Below are positions 9,256-18,547 of a stretch of 64,000 nucleotides of DNA, piece after piece (position 1 is the first letter of the stretch; each line of letters opens with the position of its first letter). The DNA lies in contig JAJVHT010000069.1 in NCBI GenBank assembly GCA_022072515.1, forward strand, positions 30,910-94,909. Direction: 5' to 3'. Made by a program: the position numbers and the translations under genes. The notes beneath the pieces are model-generated. The model had not been told where the DNA came from. It ran no database searches and saw only the letters and a program-made list of their open reading frames with translations. Source of the DNA: a bacterium. GTDB lineage: Bacteria; Zhuqueibacterota; Zhuqueibacteria; Zhuqueibacterales; Zhuqueibacteraceae.

Positions 9256-10599
9256 TTATGCGAAAGAAGATTTGAGCACATCCGCCGTCAGCGAACCCAG
9301 CTTGCTGTGCCAAATATGATTTTCGTTGTTTTCGACAATGTGAATAATTTCCCGCATTTTGCGCAACACTTCGGGTTGCTCCTCATCGTAAACGTCGCCT
9401 TGCAGCAGCTTGAGTACATCGAGGCGGTATTTGGGATTGCTAATAAATGCGGTGAACAGAATATTCAAACGATAATAGACCGCGATAAACTCATACCAGT
9501 TTCGCGTGCCGCGCTTGATGGTGGTCTCAAAAGTTTTGAAACTGTCTTTCGAGAAATTACCGCTTTCCAAAGCCGCGATAATATCCCGGCTGGCAAAGCG
9601 GGAGCTGTTTAACGCAATGCTGACGCCGGTGGAAAAAATGGGATCGACGAAACGCGCCGCGTCACCGACCATCACAAAACGATCGCCGCAAATTTCTTTG
9701 ATGGCATAACTGTAATCGCCTTCTTCCGTAAACGGGCGCATTTGCTCGGATTGTTTGAGCCGCGTAAAGATCTCCGGCCGGGTTCCGACGCAATCCCAAA
9801 AAAACTGCTCGCGCGCGGCGCGCTCTTTAGGAAAATTCATTTTCTGGGTCACCACCCCGATGCTGGTGATCGACTTCGTAATGGGAATCTGCCAGACCCA
9901 ACTATTGTTGAGCGGCAAAAAATGAATGAAAATGTAATCTTGCTTTTCCGAGGAGCCGCGATCATACCCGCGAAACCAGGTATGAATGGCGTATTGATCG
10001 AAAACCGGATCTTTAATTTTCAGTTTCAACCGGTTGCCGAGAAAAGTCCGGCGGCCGCTGGCGTCAACCACCAGGCGCACGTTCACCGGCATTTCTTTTG
10101 CACCGAGACCGACTTTGAGCTGCGCAAAGCCGTTGGCGTTCATATCCACATCTTTAACGGTGACTCCGCTGTAAACCGTCGCGCCGAGCTTTTGCGCATG
10201 TTGCAGCAACAACAAATCAAACTTCCCGCGATCCACGTGGTAGGTGTAATTTTGCTGGACGCCGGGTTGCTCGCGTTCCTCAAAGCGCAGATTGGCCTGA
10301 CAGTCCGGCTCCAGTCCTTCCCACTGGTGATCAGCCGTCAAAGCGCTCGTCGCCACCGTCCACACGGCGCCGTATTTGTGCGGAAATTTATTTTCTTCCA
10401 TCTGCTCGAGCAGACCGAGCTCTTTCAAAACCCGTGTCGAAGACGGCACGAGTGACTCGCCTACGTGCGGGCGGGGGAAAAGCTCGCCTTCGAAGACCAC
10501 ACATTTGATGCCGGCCTTGGCAAGATAAGCCGCCATGCTCGAACCCGCCGGGCCGCCGCCAACAATTCCAACTTCAAAATCTGGTTTTTCGTGATTCAT
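9256..10599 (-). CDS. Flavin-dependent halogenase 1
   Basis: 447 aa. Motifs: GIVGGGPAGS (GxGxxG), FPHKYGAVW (conserved Lys region), NNSWVWQIPIT (WxWxIP) and ARFVDPIFSTGVS (FxxPxxSxG). Confidence 0.85.
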   Translation of the reverse strand: MNHEKPDFEVGIVGGGPAGSSMAAYLAKAGIKCVVFEGELFPRPHVGESLVPSSTRVLKELGLLEQMEENKFPHKYGAVWTVATSALTADHQWEGLEPDCQANLRFEEREQPGVQQNYTYHVDRGKFDLLLLQHAQKLGATVYSGVTVKDVDMNANGFAQLKVGLGAKEMPVNVRLVVDASGRRTFLGNRLKLKIKDPVFDQYAIHTWFRGYDRGSSEKQDYIFIHFLPLNNSWVWQIPITKSITSIGVVTQKMNFPKERAAREQFFWDCVGTRPEIFTRLKQSEQMRPFTEEGDYSYAIKEICGDRFVMVGDAARFVDPIFSTGVSIALNSSRFASRDIIAALESGNFSKDSFKTFETTIKRGTRNWYEFIAVYYRLNILFTAFISNPKYRLDVLKLLQGDVYDEEQPEVLRKMREIIHIVENNENHIWHSKLGSLTADVLKSSFA

Positions 10600-10640
10600 C
10601 TTTCATCTCCATCGCGAATAAGATATGGTAAATGCGCCAA

Positions 10641-11927
10641 TCAATTGACATAGATATCGGATAACGCCTTCTTGAAAATATTTCCTTCCGGCGCATTTTC
10701 GACTTTCTGAATGAATTTCCGCATCTCTTCGAGCACCTCGACTTCGGCGCGATCATAGACTTCTCCCTGCAGCAGTTGCAGAACCTGCACGCGGTACTCT
10801 TTGTGGCTAATAAAGTAGGTGAACGACGGCAGCAGTTTGTAATAAAGCCGGATGAACTCATACCAAATATTGACGCCGCCTCGCACCTTGTCCTCGTAGG
10901 GCTTGAAGGTGGCTTCGCTGAAGTCGCCGGTTGCAAAAGCGAGACGAATTCTTTCCGAGGCGTATTTGGCGCTGTACATGGCGACGCTCACGCCGGAGGA
11001 AAAAATGGGATCGACGAAGCGCGCGGCATCGCCGACCATCAAAAAGCCGTTGCCGCAAAATTTCTCCATGCTATAGCTGTAGTCGCCCTCGCTTTTGAAT
11101 TCATTGATGCGCTCCGCGTTTTGCATGGCGCGGGCGATTTCGGGCGTCGAATTCAACAGCGATTTGAACCAGCCATCGGGATCGAGCTTCGATTCCTTGA
11201 ACACGTCGCGTTCGGCCACCACGCCGACCGAGGTAATCTTATCCGTGATCGGAATCTGCCAAATCCAGCCGCGGTTGACTTTCAAAAAATAGATGTGAAT
11301 ATAATCCGCGCTCTCGCCGGCGCCGCGATCGACGTCTTTGAACCAGGCGTGCACGGCGTACTGATTGAAAATCGGATCCTTTTTCTTCAAATTTAACTGC
11401 CGGCCGAGAAAAGTGCCGCGGCCACTCGCATCGACCACCATCTTGCACGGTATGGTTACCGCTTGGCCGCCAATCTCGAACTGAACTCCCTGCGGATAGC
11501 CATCTTTAAAGATGACTTCCTTGGCGTGGGCACCCTGGTAAACTTTCGAACCAAGCTTCTCGGCATGTTTCAACAGCAGCAAATCGAGCTTGCCGCGATC
11601 GACGTGATAAGTATAATCCTGGTCGATGCCGGGCTGCGCAAATTCGCGAAAGGCGATGTCAAATTCGCCGCGTTTTTCCGGTGGATGCCAGGCGGCGCCG
11701 TATTTTTTGACGAACCCCTCGCGCTCCATCGTCTCCAAAAAGCCGATTTCTTTGAGCACTCGCGTTGTGCTGGTTACCAGAGACTCGCCAACATGCGGCC
11801 GGGGATGATTGGCGCTATCAAAAATCATGTTTTTGATGCCGGCCATCGAAAGATAACTGCCCAATGTCGAACCTGCCGGCCCGCCGCCGATGATGACAAC
11901 GTCTTGCATTCCATTTGATGATTGCAT
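10641..11927 (-). CDS. Flavin-dependent halogenase 2
   Basis: 428 aa, with AAGGAG 8 nt upstream of ATG 11927. Motifs: VIIGGGPAGS, VKKYGAAW, NRGWIWQIPIT (WxWxIP) and ARFVDPIFSSGVS. Paralog of 9256-10599. Confidence 0.85.
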   Translation of the reverse strand: MQSSNGMQDVVIIGGGPAGSTLGSYLSMAGIKNMIFDSANHPRPHVGESLVTSTTRVLKEIGFLETMEREGFVKKYGAAWHPPEKRGEFDIAFREFAQPGIDQDYTYHVDRGKLDLLLLKHAEKLGSKVYQGAHAKEVIFKDGYPQGVQFEIGGQAVTIPCKMVVDASGRGTFLGRQLNLKKKDPIFNQYAVHAWFKDVDRGAGESADYIHIYFLKVNRGWIWQIPITDKITSVGVVAERDVFKESKLDPDGWFKSLLNSTPEIARAMQNAERINEFKSEGDYSYSMEKFCGNGFLMVGDAARFVDPIFSSGVSVAMYSAKYASERIRLAFATGDFSEATFKPYEDKVRGGVNIWYEFIRLYYKLLPSFTYFISHKEYRVQVLQLLQGEVYDRAEVEVLEEMRKFIQKVENAPEGNIFKKALSDIYVN

Positions 11928-12071
11928 TGATGAACTCCTTTAGGTTGAAAGACACACGATGCATTGACCATCCATTCTGACGAAGAAAATCCATCGAGAG
12001 TTTTTCAGTTCATTGAATAAACATTTTTTTGTATTTTTACTCACACATTTAAAAAAATCGCCATTTAAAAA

Positions 12072-13538
12072 TTAAGCCGCCAAACTCGTTGCCGGGGCTC
12101 GCACCGCCTCGCGCCGTTTCACAAACTCGAGCAGTGCGAGCAGCGGCCCGGTCATAAATGTCGTCACCAGCGCCATGAGCACCATCATGGCAAAAACGCG
12201 CGGGGAAAGAATCCCCATATCGTATCCAAGGTTGAGCACGATCAACTCCATCAAGCCGCGGGTATTCATCAGCACGCCGATGGATAACGCATCATGCCAG
12301 CTCATGCCGGTCCACCGGGCCGCCAACGCGCTGACGCCTAATTTTCCGGCAATGGCGATTGCAATAATGCCCGCGCCCAGCAACCAACTCTGCCAGTCAT
12401 TCAGCAAGCCAATCTGAGTGCGTAACCCGGTGAAGGCAAAAAACAGCGGCAGCAGAAAGACCGCGCTGAACGTTTCAAGACGCTCGCGGAGAAACAGCCG
12501 CAAACTTGCGTGTTGGGGCATGGCCACGCCGGCGAGAAAAGCGCCGAACAGCGCATGAATACCGATCACTTCGGTGAACAACGCTGCCGCAAAGACAAAT
12601 ATTAAAACGCTGGCGACAACGCCCTTGCCCAACGGCGCATTCTGCGCTTTTGTATCCATAAGACGGCCAGCACTGGGCTTGACGAAAAGCAGCATGATGC
12701 CAATAAAACCCAGCGACAGTGAAATCGTCAGCACGGCCCCGCTCAAGCCGGAGGCTTTGGCAATGGCGACCACGACAGCGAGAAGGCACCAAGCCGTCAC
12801 GTCATCCACCGCCGCGCACGCGATGGCGGTGCTGCCAAGATACGATTTCGCCAAACCGCGCTCTTCGATGATGCGGGCCAGCACCGGAAACGCCGTAATA
12901 CTCATCGCAATTCCGATAAACAGCGCAAATGCGATGAAGGAAACATGCGGAGCTGCCAAAAAATTGTATACCAGCAGTGAGAATGCCACACCGAGAAAAA
13001 ACGGCACCACGATACTAACATGACTCACCAACACCGCGGCGTGCGCTTTTTGGCGCAGGTACTGCAAATTCAATTCAATCCCGACAACGAACATAAACAG
13101 AATCACGCCAATCTGACTGAGCAACCTTAAGGCGCCCATCGAAGCCTCGGGAAAGAGAAAAGCTTCCATTCCCGGCGACAGCATCCCGAGCAAAGAAGGG
13201 CCGAGCAAAATACCGGCAATCATCTCGCCGATTACAGCCGGTTGCCCAATTTTTTGGAAAAGCGCTCCGAACAATCTTGCCGCGGCGATAATCACAATGA
13301 TTTGCAAGAGCAAAATGCTCAACGGATGGTGCAGATTGTCGAGTAAACCTTTGAACAAGTGGCTTGCCGGTGTTTCCGATTGCTGTAATGGCGTCGGCGT
13401 TGTTTCCTGTGAAGGAACGATTCTTTTATATGGGAACGTCTGGCCGGGATGCAGGCGCGAACCGACTTCCAATATAAAGGAAATACCGACTCCAAAGATG
13501 ATGATCAGAACGCCATACACCAACAAATTCTTGCGCAT
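12072..13538 (-). CDS. Cation:proton antiporter (CPA2 / Na_H_Exchanger family)
   Basis: 488 aa, about 12 hydrophobic segments, family-typical GEMIAGILLGPSLLG near the N-terminus. No KTN/TrkA domain. Confidence 0.75.
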   Translation of the reverse strand: MRKNLLVYGVLIIIFGVGISFILEVGSRLHPGQTFPYKRIVPSQETTPTPLQQSETPASHLFKGLLDNLHHPLSILLLQIIVIIAAARLFGALFQKIGQPAVIGEMIAGILLGPSLLGMLSPGMEAFLFPEASMGALRLLSQIGVILFMFVVGIELNLQYLRQKAHAAVLVSHVSIVVPFFLGVAFSLLVYNFLAAPHVSFIAFALFIGIAMSITAFPVLARIIEERGLAKSYLGSTAIACAAVDDVTAWCLLAVVVAIAKASGLSGAVLTISLSLGFIGIMLLFVKPSAGRLMDTKAQNAPLGKGVVASVLIFVFAAALFTEVIGIHALFGAFLAGVAMPQHASLRLFLRERLETFSAVFLLPLFFAFTGLRTQIGLLNDWQSWLLGAGIIAIAIAGKLGVSALAARWTGMSWHDALSIGVLMNTRGLMELIVLNLGYDMGILSPRVFAMMVLMALVTTFMTGPLLALLEFVKRREAVRAPATSLAA

Positions 13539-13616
13539 AAAGCACGCCTTTCTAAAGCATCGGAGTTGATGAATTTACGAATCCAAAGCCCTTGCCGGGC
13601 GGCGAATGGACCGGCC

Positions 13617-15188
13617 TCACGCAGCCGTCGTCTTCAGCCGTTGGTAATCAATTTTGTCCGTCGAAGTTTTGGGCAGCGTCTCCAAAAACATAAAGAGATC
13701 GGGCACCATATAAGACGGCAAATTTTCCGCACAAAATCCTTTCAGCTCGATCAGTGAGGGGCGCTTGCCGTCTTTGCAACTGAGAAACGCTTTGACGCGC
13801 ACGCCGTTGGTTTCATCCGACAGCGCAATCACTGCGGCTTCGCGGATCGCCGGATGTTTGTAAAGTCCCGCTTCGATCTCGCCGAGCTCGACACGGTAAC
13901 CGCGCTTTTTGACCATGCGATCGCGCCGGCTCACGTAAATATAACCTTCTTCGGCATGCTCGACGACGATGTCGCCGGTTTTATACCAGCGCCGGCCCGT
14001 GTGCTCGGCAAGGAATGACTGCGCCGTGCGTTCCGGCAAATTCCAATAACCCTGCATTACCCCTTCGCCAGTAACGACCAACTCGCCTTCCTGTCCGGCG
14101 GGAACTTCCTGGCCTTGCTCGTCTACGACTTTGCATTGCACGTGCGCGCAGGATTTCCCAATCGGATAGGGCGTGTTGCGCTCTTCCGGAATCGTGGCCG
14201 GGATTTCGTACCAGGTGCAAACGTTCGTTTCGGTCGGACCGTACAAATTGAAATAGCGCGGTTGCGGCAGCAAATTTTTCAACGCGCGCAGATGCTTGAC
14301 GGGAAACACTTCGCCGGCAAAAAAAACGCTGCGCAACGCCGAGCAATCATATTTTTCCAATTTGCCGTATTGCATGAGAAAGCTCAAAATCGACGGCGTC
14401 GAATACCACACCGAAATTTTTTTCTCGGCTAGCAACGGCGCCAGTTGCGCCGGAGCTTTGCCGGTTTCTTCGCTGATCAACACCAGCGTACCGGCATGTT
14501 TGATGGCGAGATAAATATCCAAAATCGACAGATCAAAATGGAACGGCGCATGGGAAGAGAAGCGATCATCGGCGTTCGGCGCAAAAGTATCCGAGCACCA
14601 GTTCACAAAACTGGTGGCGTTGCGATGCGACAGCATCACCCCTTTGGGCAAGCCGGTCGATCCCGAGGTATAGAGAATGTACGCGAGATCATCCGGCGCC
14701 GAAACGGCGGTTGCAGCCGCCGGGGCCGGAGCTTTTTCCTGCGCTTCGTCCAGAGCTTTTTGCAAAAATTTGCCGCCGCCAGTTTCTTCCAGAAGAATGA
14801 AAGCTGGCATGGGAGTTTCCGGCGGCCACTCGGCGCGAAATTTCTCTTCGAAGCGTTGCTCTATGATCACTGCTTTGATCGAGCAATTGCTCAGAATGTA
14901 AACGCCGCGACTAACCGGGGCATTCGGATCGATGGGCACATAAGCCGCACCGGTTTTCAATATGCCGAAGATGGCCGCTACCGCGTCAATGGATTTGCGC
15001 AGATACATTCCAACACGGTCGCCGCGTCGCACACCGAGATAATGCAAACGGTCACGCAGTTGGTCAGAAAGTTTGGCCAAATCGCGATAGGTGATCACGC
15101 CGCTCTCCGGCTCATCCACCGCGGGATGCTCCGGACGAACGCGGGCGGAATCGTCGAGAAACTGATGCAAAGGGTTGAACGCCGTCAT
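13617..15188 (-). CDS. Stand-alone adenylation enzyme, DltA-like (amino acid--carrier protein ligase)
   Basis: 523 aa. Motifs: LAYILYTSGSTGLPKGV (A3), FHFDLSILDIY (A4), VWYSTPS, FFAGEVFPV, NLYGPTETNV (A5), WYKTGD (A7), VKKRGYRVELGEIE (A8) and KTSTDKIDYQ (A10). The spacing and motifs resemble B. subtilis DltA as I recall it. Confidence 0.8.
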   Translation of the reverse strand: MTAFNPLHQFLDDSARVRPEHPAVDEPESGVITYRDLAKLSDQLRDRLHYLGVRRGDRVGMYLRKSIDAVAAIFGILKTGAAYVPIDPNAPVSRGVYILSNCSIKAVIIEQRFEEKFRAEWPPETPMPAFILLEETGGGKFLQKALDEAQEKAPAPAAATAVSAPDDLAYILYTSGSTGLPKGVMLSHRNATSFVNWCSDTFAPNADDRFSSHAPFHFDLSILDIYLAIKHAGTLVLISEETGKAPAQLAPLLAEKKISVWYSTPSILSFLMQYGKLEKYDCSALRSVFFAGEVFPVKHLRALKNLLPQPRYFNLYGPTETNVCTWYEIPATIPEERNTPYPIGKSCAHVQCKVVDEQGQEVPAGQEGELVVTGEGVMQGYWNLPERTAQSFLAEHTGRRWYKTGDIVVEHAEEGYIYVSRRDRMVKKRGYRVELGEIEAGLYKHPAIREAAVIALSDETNGVRVKAFLSCKDGKRPSLIELKGFCAENLPSYMVPDLFMFLETLPKTSTDKIDYQRLKTTAA

Positions 15189-15218
15189 ACCGGTTCTCTT
15201 AAAAATAAAGTCAAAGTT

Positions 15219-16259
15219 TTATGCCGCTTTATATCCGCGCACGAAACTATTCACGCCGTAAACTGACATCGCACTGGAGACGATATTGCTGAAACCCGCT
15301 TCCGCCAACCAGCGTTTGCTGTCGCTCATCGTATGGTTCTTGCCGTGTTTTGTCGTGCAGAGCAAATCCAGATCGATGAAGACGGCCCAACGCCCGCCTA
15401 GGCGGTTTTCCTGCAAGTGTTGTGACTGGATGACGACGGAGCCGCCGGGATTGAGTGCTTCATGCAAACGCGCCAGGAGCCGCCGGCGTGTCGCCTCATC
15501 GAAAATGTGCAGCAGATTCGAGGCGAGAATCAAATCGTACGATCCGGGAATATCGTCGCGCACCGCATCGAACGGCAAATAGTGCACTTCATTTTGCAAT
15601 GGATACTTTGCCTGAATTTCTTTGGCCACGTCCAGAACGCCGGCATTATCCATCAGATAAAGCTGCAAATCCGGATTGCGCATTCCCAACATAAACGCAT
15701 ACGTGCCCGAGCCGCAGCCCAAATCCAACAAAGTTTTGCAGCCGCGCGTGTCCAGATAGTGCGCCAGCTCTTTGCCGCGCAATGACGCGTAGTTGTGCAT
15801 GGCCAGCGTGTAAGTGCGCGTGAGATTGGGGTCGACGCCGAGATAATCGGCCTGGTCGGCCGTGGGTTCGGAGCTGAGCACGGCTTCATCAAGGCGGAAG
15901 ATGGCCGTGCAAAATTCTTTCTGCAGGCGAATCCAATTGCCGAGGTAATTATCGCCGGCGGACGGCAACAACACAGACCGGCATGCTGGTGCGGCCCGAA
16001 AGCTGGTGCCGTCTTCGGTTTCAAGCAGCTTCAGCACGACGCCGGCATTTAACAAACGCACCAAAGATTCCGGCCGCGCTTTGATTTCTGCCGCCAGCGC
16101 TTGCACCGTCTTGCTGTCATCGCCGAGGCGCTCGAAAATTTCCAGTTTGAGCAGCGCGAACAGAACGCTGGACTGATAAAAGCCTTCGGCGATGGTCAGC
16201 ACCTGAATTTGATCTTTGATGATCGAGGTGCGGTTCGAGGTTGTCGGTGGTTGCGCCAT
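15219..16259 (-). CDS. SAM-dependent O-methyltransferase (class I, with N-terminal dimerisation-type domain)
   Basis: Motif I is LLDLGCGSGTYAFML, with a helical N-terminal domain typical of small-molecule OMTs. The track ORF extends to 16334, but that overlaps the upstream gene by 71 nt. The internal ATG at 16259 (MAQPPTTS) leaves a 4-nt gap after the upstream stop. Confidence 0.75.
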   Translation of the reverse strand: MAQPPTTSNRTSIIKDQIQVLTIAEGFYQSSVLFALLKLEIFERLGDDSKTVQALAAEIKARPESLVRLLNAGVVLKLLETEDGTSFRAAPACRSVLLPSAGDNYLGNWIRLQKEFCTAIFRLDEAVLSSEPTADQADYLGVDPNLTRTYTLAMHNYASLRGKELAHYLDTRGCKTLLDLGCGSGTYAFMLGMRNPDLQLYLMDNAGVLDVAKEIQAKYPLQNEVHYLPFDAVRDDIPGSYDLILASNLLHIFDEATRRRLLARLHEALNPGGSVVIQSQHLQENRLGGRWAVFIDLDLLCTTKHGKNHTMSDSKRWLAEAGFSNIVSSAMSVYGVNSFVRGYKAA

Positions 16260-16263
16260 AATT

Positions 16264-16857
16264 TTAGAATTGATAGCCGAATTTTTCAATATCAGTTTGA
16301 AACCAGCGCCCGACGATTGCAAGCGAGGCGTCATTGTAGTACTGCCGATAGTCGCCGCGGTCGGATTTCTTCAAATGCGGCAACTCGGCCTCCCGGTTGA
16401 GCAGCAAACAAATTTTCGCGAAATCGGCCTGCAGATTCTCAAATCTGCCGATGAAATTAACCGCCTGCTTGCCGTTCTCGTCGATCAGCCAATGCCATTG
16501 CGGCATGAACATCTTGGGTTTGTTATAATACTCCGGCGCATTATCGCCGTAGGCCAATTTCACCCACTCATTAAAATCGACGGCCTTCGTTCCCAATGCG
16601 GTTTGGTTCGTCATGACGCGGTAATGATAATGCGACACCACGCGATCCCAGGGATTTCTGACGATTGCGAAGCTGAACAATTTTTTCCACGTGTCTTTGC
16701 CCAGCTCGGATATTTTCTCCAAAGCCGTCCGGTGTCCGAAATTCAATCCCAAGGCCTGCTCGATGCTGCTGCCGCCGGTCTTGTTGATATGAATAAAGAA
16801 AAATCCCCGTTGCACCGCCAGCGGGCGGCGCCGGCGGCCTTCTCCGATCTCGTTCAT
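16264..16857 (-). CDS. Sulfotransferase (family-2-like)
   Basis: 197 aa. FFFIHINKTGGSSIEQAL is a PAPS 5-prime-phosphosulfate-binding loop; AIVRNPWDRVVSHY is the 3-prime-phosphate-binding motif. ATGA overlap with the upstream gene. Confidence 0.75.
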   Translation of the reverse strand: MNEIGEGRRRRPLAVQRGFFFIHINKTGGSSIEQALGLNFGHRTALEKISELGKDTWKKLFSFAIVRNPWDRVVSHYHYRVMTNQTALGTKAVDFNEWVKLAYGDNAPEYYNKPKMFMPQWHWLIDENGKQAVNFIGRFENLQADFAKICLLLNREAELPHLKKSDRGDYRQYYNDASLAIVGRWFQTDIEKFGYQF

Positions 16858-17936
16858 GAATCCAATCTATCCTCAAAATCAAATTTTTTTGCCATCGTCG
16901 CAATGGATTCAGCTTCAGCGCTCGATAAAACTTTTTTCCAGCCCGCAATGCGTTCGCCAACCGGCAGGCCGCGCCGATGTTTCGCGCTTGACGAGCTGTC
17001 GTCATCAAACACCCGAAAATCGTGTTCGCCAACCGGCGCCACGTTTAGGCGTTGCAGCATTTCCAAAACAACCTGCTCGCGCCGACGGCACAAGTCTTCA
17101 TAACTCACAAAAACGATGCGGGCGCGGTTATCGGCAAAGCTGTGCTGCACAAACTTCTCGGTCAATGCCCAGTAAGCTGTGAGGCGCGTTACCATATCAC
17201 CTTCGTCGTAATGCTTGATCTCCTCACGCCATTGGCCGAAAAAATCGGCGCGCCCATCGTCCGGGTGGAGAAGTTGATTTGCCAAACTCAGATGCTTGAA
17301 CATGCTTCCCCACGGCGTCGTTTTGGCGCTCGCCATCACAGCGCGCGGATCGCGATAAATGTGAATGACCGGCAAGGCGAACGTATTGTGTACAGCCCGC
17401 AGGCAAAGCTGAGCCCGAACACATTTTAAAATGACGCGCGTGCGAAAGCTTTCATCCAGACGGTTGCGATAAATTCGAACCCATCTGCCCGAGAGGGCGG
17501 AATGCAGCGCCAGATCGAAGACGCGGTGCAACGGATGCCCTGCGAGCGTGGGCGCGCCGCAGAAAGGCATATACTGCCATAAAAATCCTTTTTTTCTTTC
17601 AGCCAGATAATTGTCTTGCGCGTAAAGGGCCTTTACTTCCGGCACCTCGGAAAACAGCGGCTCAAAAACCAGTTTGGCGGTGAGCATTTTCGTCAGCGAC
17701 TCTTGCAGCCAGGTCGTGCCGCTGCGCCAAAAACCGCACATGAACAGGCTGTCACGCGGATTGATTTGCGCGGCAACTTGCCGATCAATGTCATAAGAAG
17801 CGGCGGCGGCGCGCAATTTTTTTTCACGGTTTTTTGACGCCGCCGTTGTCGCCGCTTGGGGCTTACCTGAATTCATAAAGTGCTCTGTCTCATTGCAACA
17901 TATCATCCGGAGCGCCGGGAACTTTGTGCTTACCAA
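16854..17936 (-). CDS. Sulfotransferase (P-loop RSGTTW type)
   Basis: CGFWRSGTTWLQESL is the 5-prime PSB loop; HIYRDPRAVMAS is the 3-prime PB motif. The track start at 17936 is TTG. In-frame ATGs at 17906 and 17876 are alternative starts. Confidence 0.75.
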   Translation of the reverse strand: MVSTKFPALRMICCNETEHFMNSGKPQAATTAASKNREKKLRAAAASYDIDRQVAAQINPRDSLFMCGFWRSGTTWLQESLTKMLTAKLVFEPLFSEVPEVKALYAQDNYLAERKKGFLWQYMPFCGAPTLAGHPLHRVFDLALHSALSGRWVRIYRNRLDESFRTRVILKCVRAQLCLRAVHNTFALPVIHIYRDPRAVMASAKTTPWGSMFKHLSLANQLLHPDDGRADFFGQWREEIKHYDEGDMVTRLTAYWALTEKFVQHSFADNRARIVFVSYEDLCRRREQVVLEMLQRLNVAPVGEHDFRVFDDDSSSSAKHRRGLPVGERIAGWKKVLSSAEAESIATMAKKFDFEDRLDS

Positions 17937-17941
17937 AAACT

Positions 17942-18547
17942 TCAGGAAAATTCTTCAATATCACGTATTGAATTATGCGGCGTGTGTTTTTTCTTATCAC
18001 GCACACTTGCTTTATTGGTGTGCGGAAACGGCACGGCCGGAATTTCCTTGTGCAAAAAAGCGCATAATTTCTCCCAGCCATCGCCGTCGGCAAAATTCAT
18101 CACCAGCAGATCATTGGGGCGCTCGCGAAAATATTCCAGCACGTCGCGATTGTGCCGCTCGTATCTTGCGGCATAAATCGTTTCGTTACCGGCCGGATTA
18201 CCGACGCCGTAAATCCATTTTCGCATCGGCGTCTTTGCGGCGCCGAAGTATTTCACCATGCTCGCCACCCAACTTTCCGTCGAGCGCACGGTCAAAATAA
18301 ATTTGCTGCCGGGATATTTTTGATCGAGTTCTCGATAGATAATCGGCCACGGATTGTCACTGAACGCATCGTATTGCTCCACCAATGCAAAAGCGAAGGC
18401 ATAAACTTCCTGCGCAATATACGGATTCTTGTAAACGCTCAGCTCGGCTTTGTTGACGTGATAGCCTAAAATCCGCAGCGCTTTGCTCAGCGACGAGGTG
18501 CCGGTACGATGAAAACCGATGCAGAAAATTTTAAACTGATTCATCAT
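17942..18547 (-). CDS. Sulfotransferase (small, family-4-like)
   Basis: 201 aa. FCIGFHRTGTSSLSKAL is the PSB-type loop. The ATG start directly abuts the TAA stop of the upstream GT2. Confidence 0.65.
   Translation of the reverse strand: MMNQFKIFCIGFHRTGTSSLSKALRILGYHVNKAELSVYKNPYIAQEVYAFAFALVEQYDAFSDNPWPIIYRELDQKYPGSKFILTVRSTESWVASMVKYFGAAKTPMRKWIYGVGNPAGNETIYAARYERHNRDVLEYFRERPNDLLVMNFADGDGWEKLCAFLHKEIPAVPFPHTNKASVRDKKKHTPHNSIRDIEEFS

Noticed and set aside
12072-13538. The CPA2 cation/proton antiporter, considered as a functional part of the biosynthetic cluster (for example halide or product transport).
   Set aside because: Nothing in the sequence links this family to halide or metabolite transport, so its presence may be incidental. 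It is kept as a plain feature only.
16260-16334. A 71-nt overlap between the methyltransferase ORF (to 16334) and the upstream sulfotransferase (from 16264), considered as a possible programmed overlap.
   Set aside because: The internal ATG at 16259 gives a normal N-terminus and a 4-nt intergenic gap. The extension is most likely an ORF-caller artefact.
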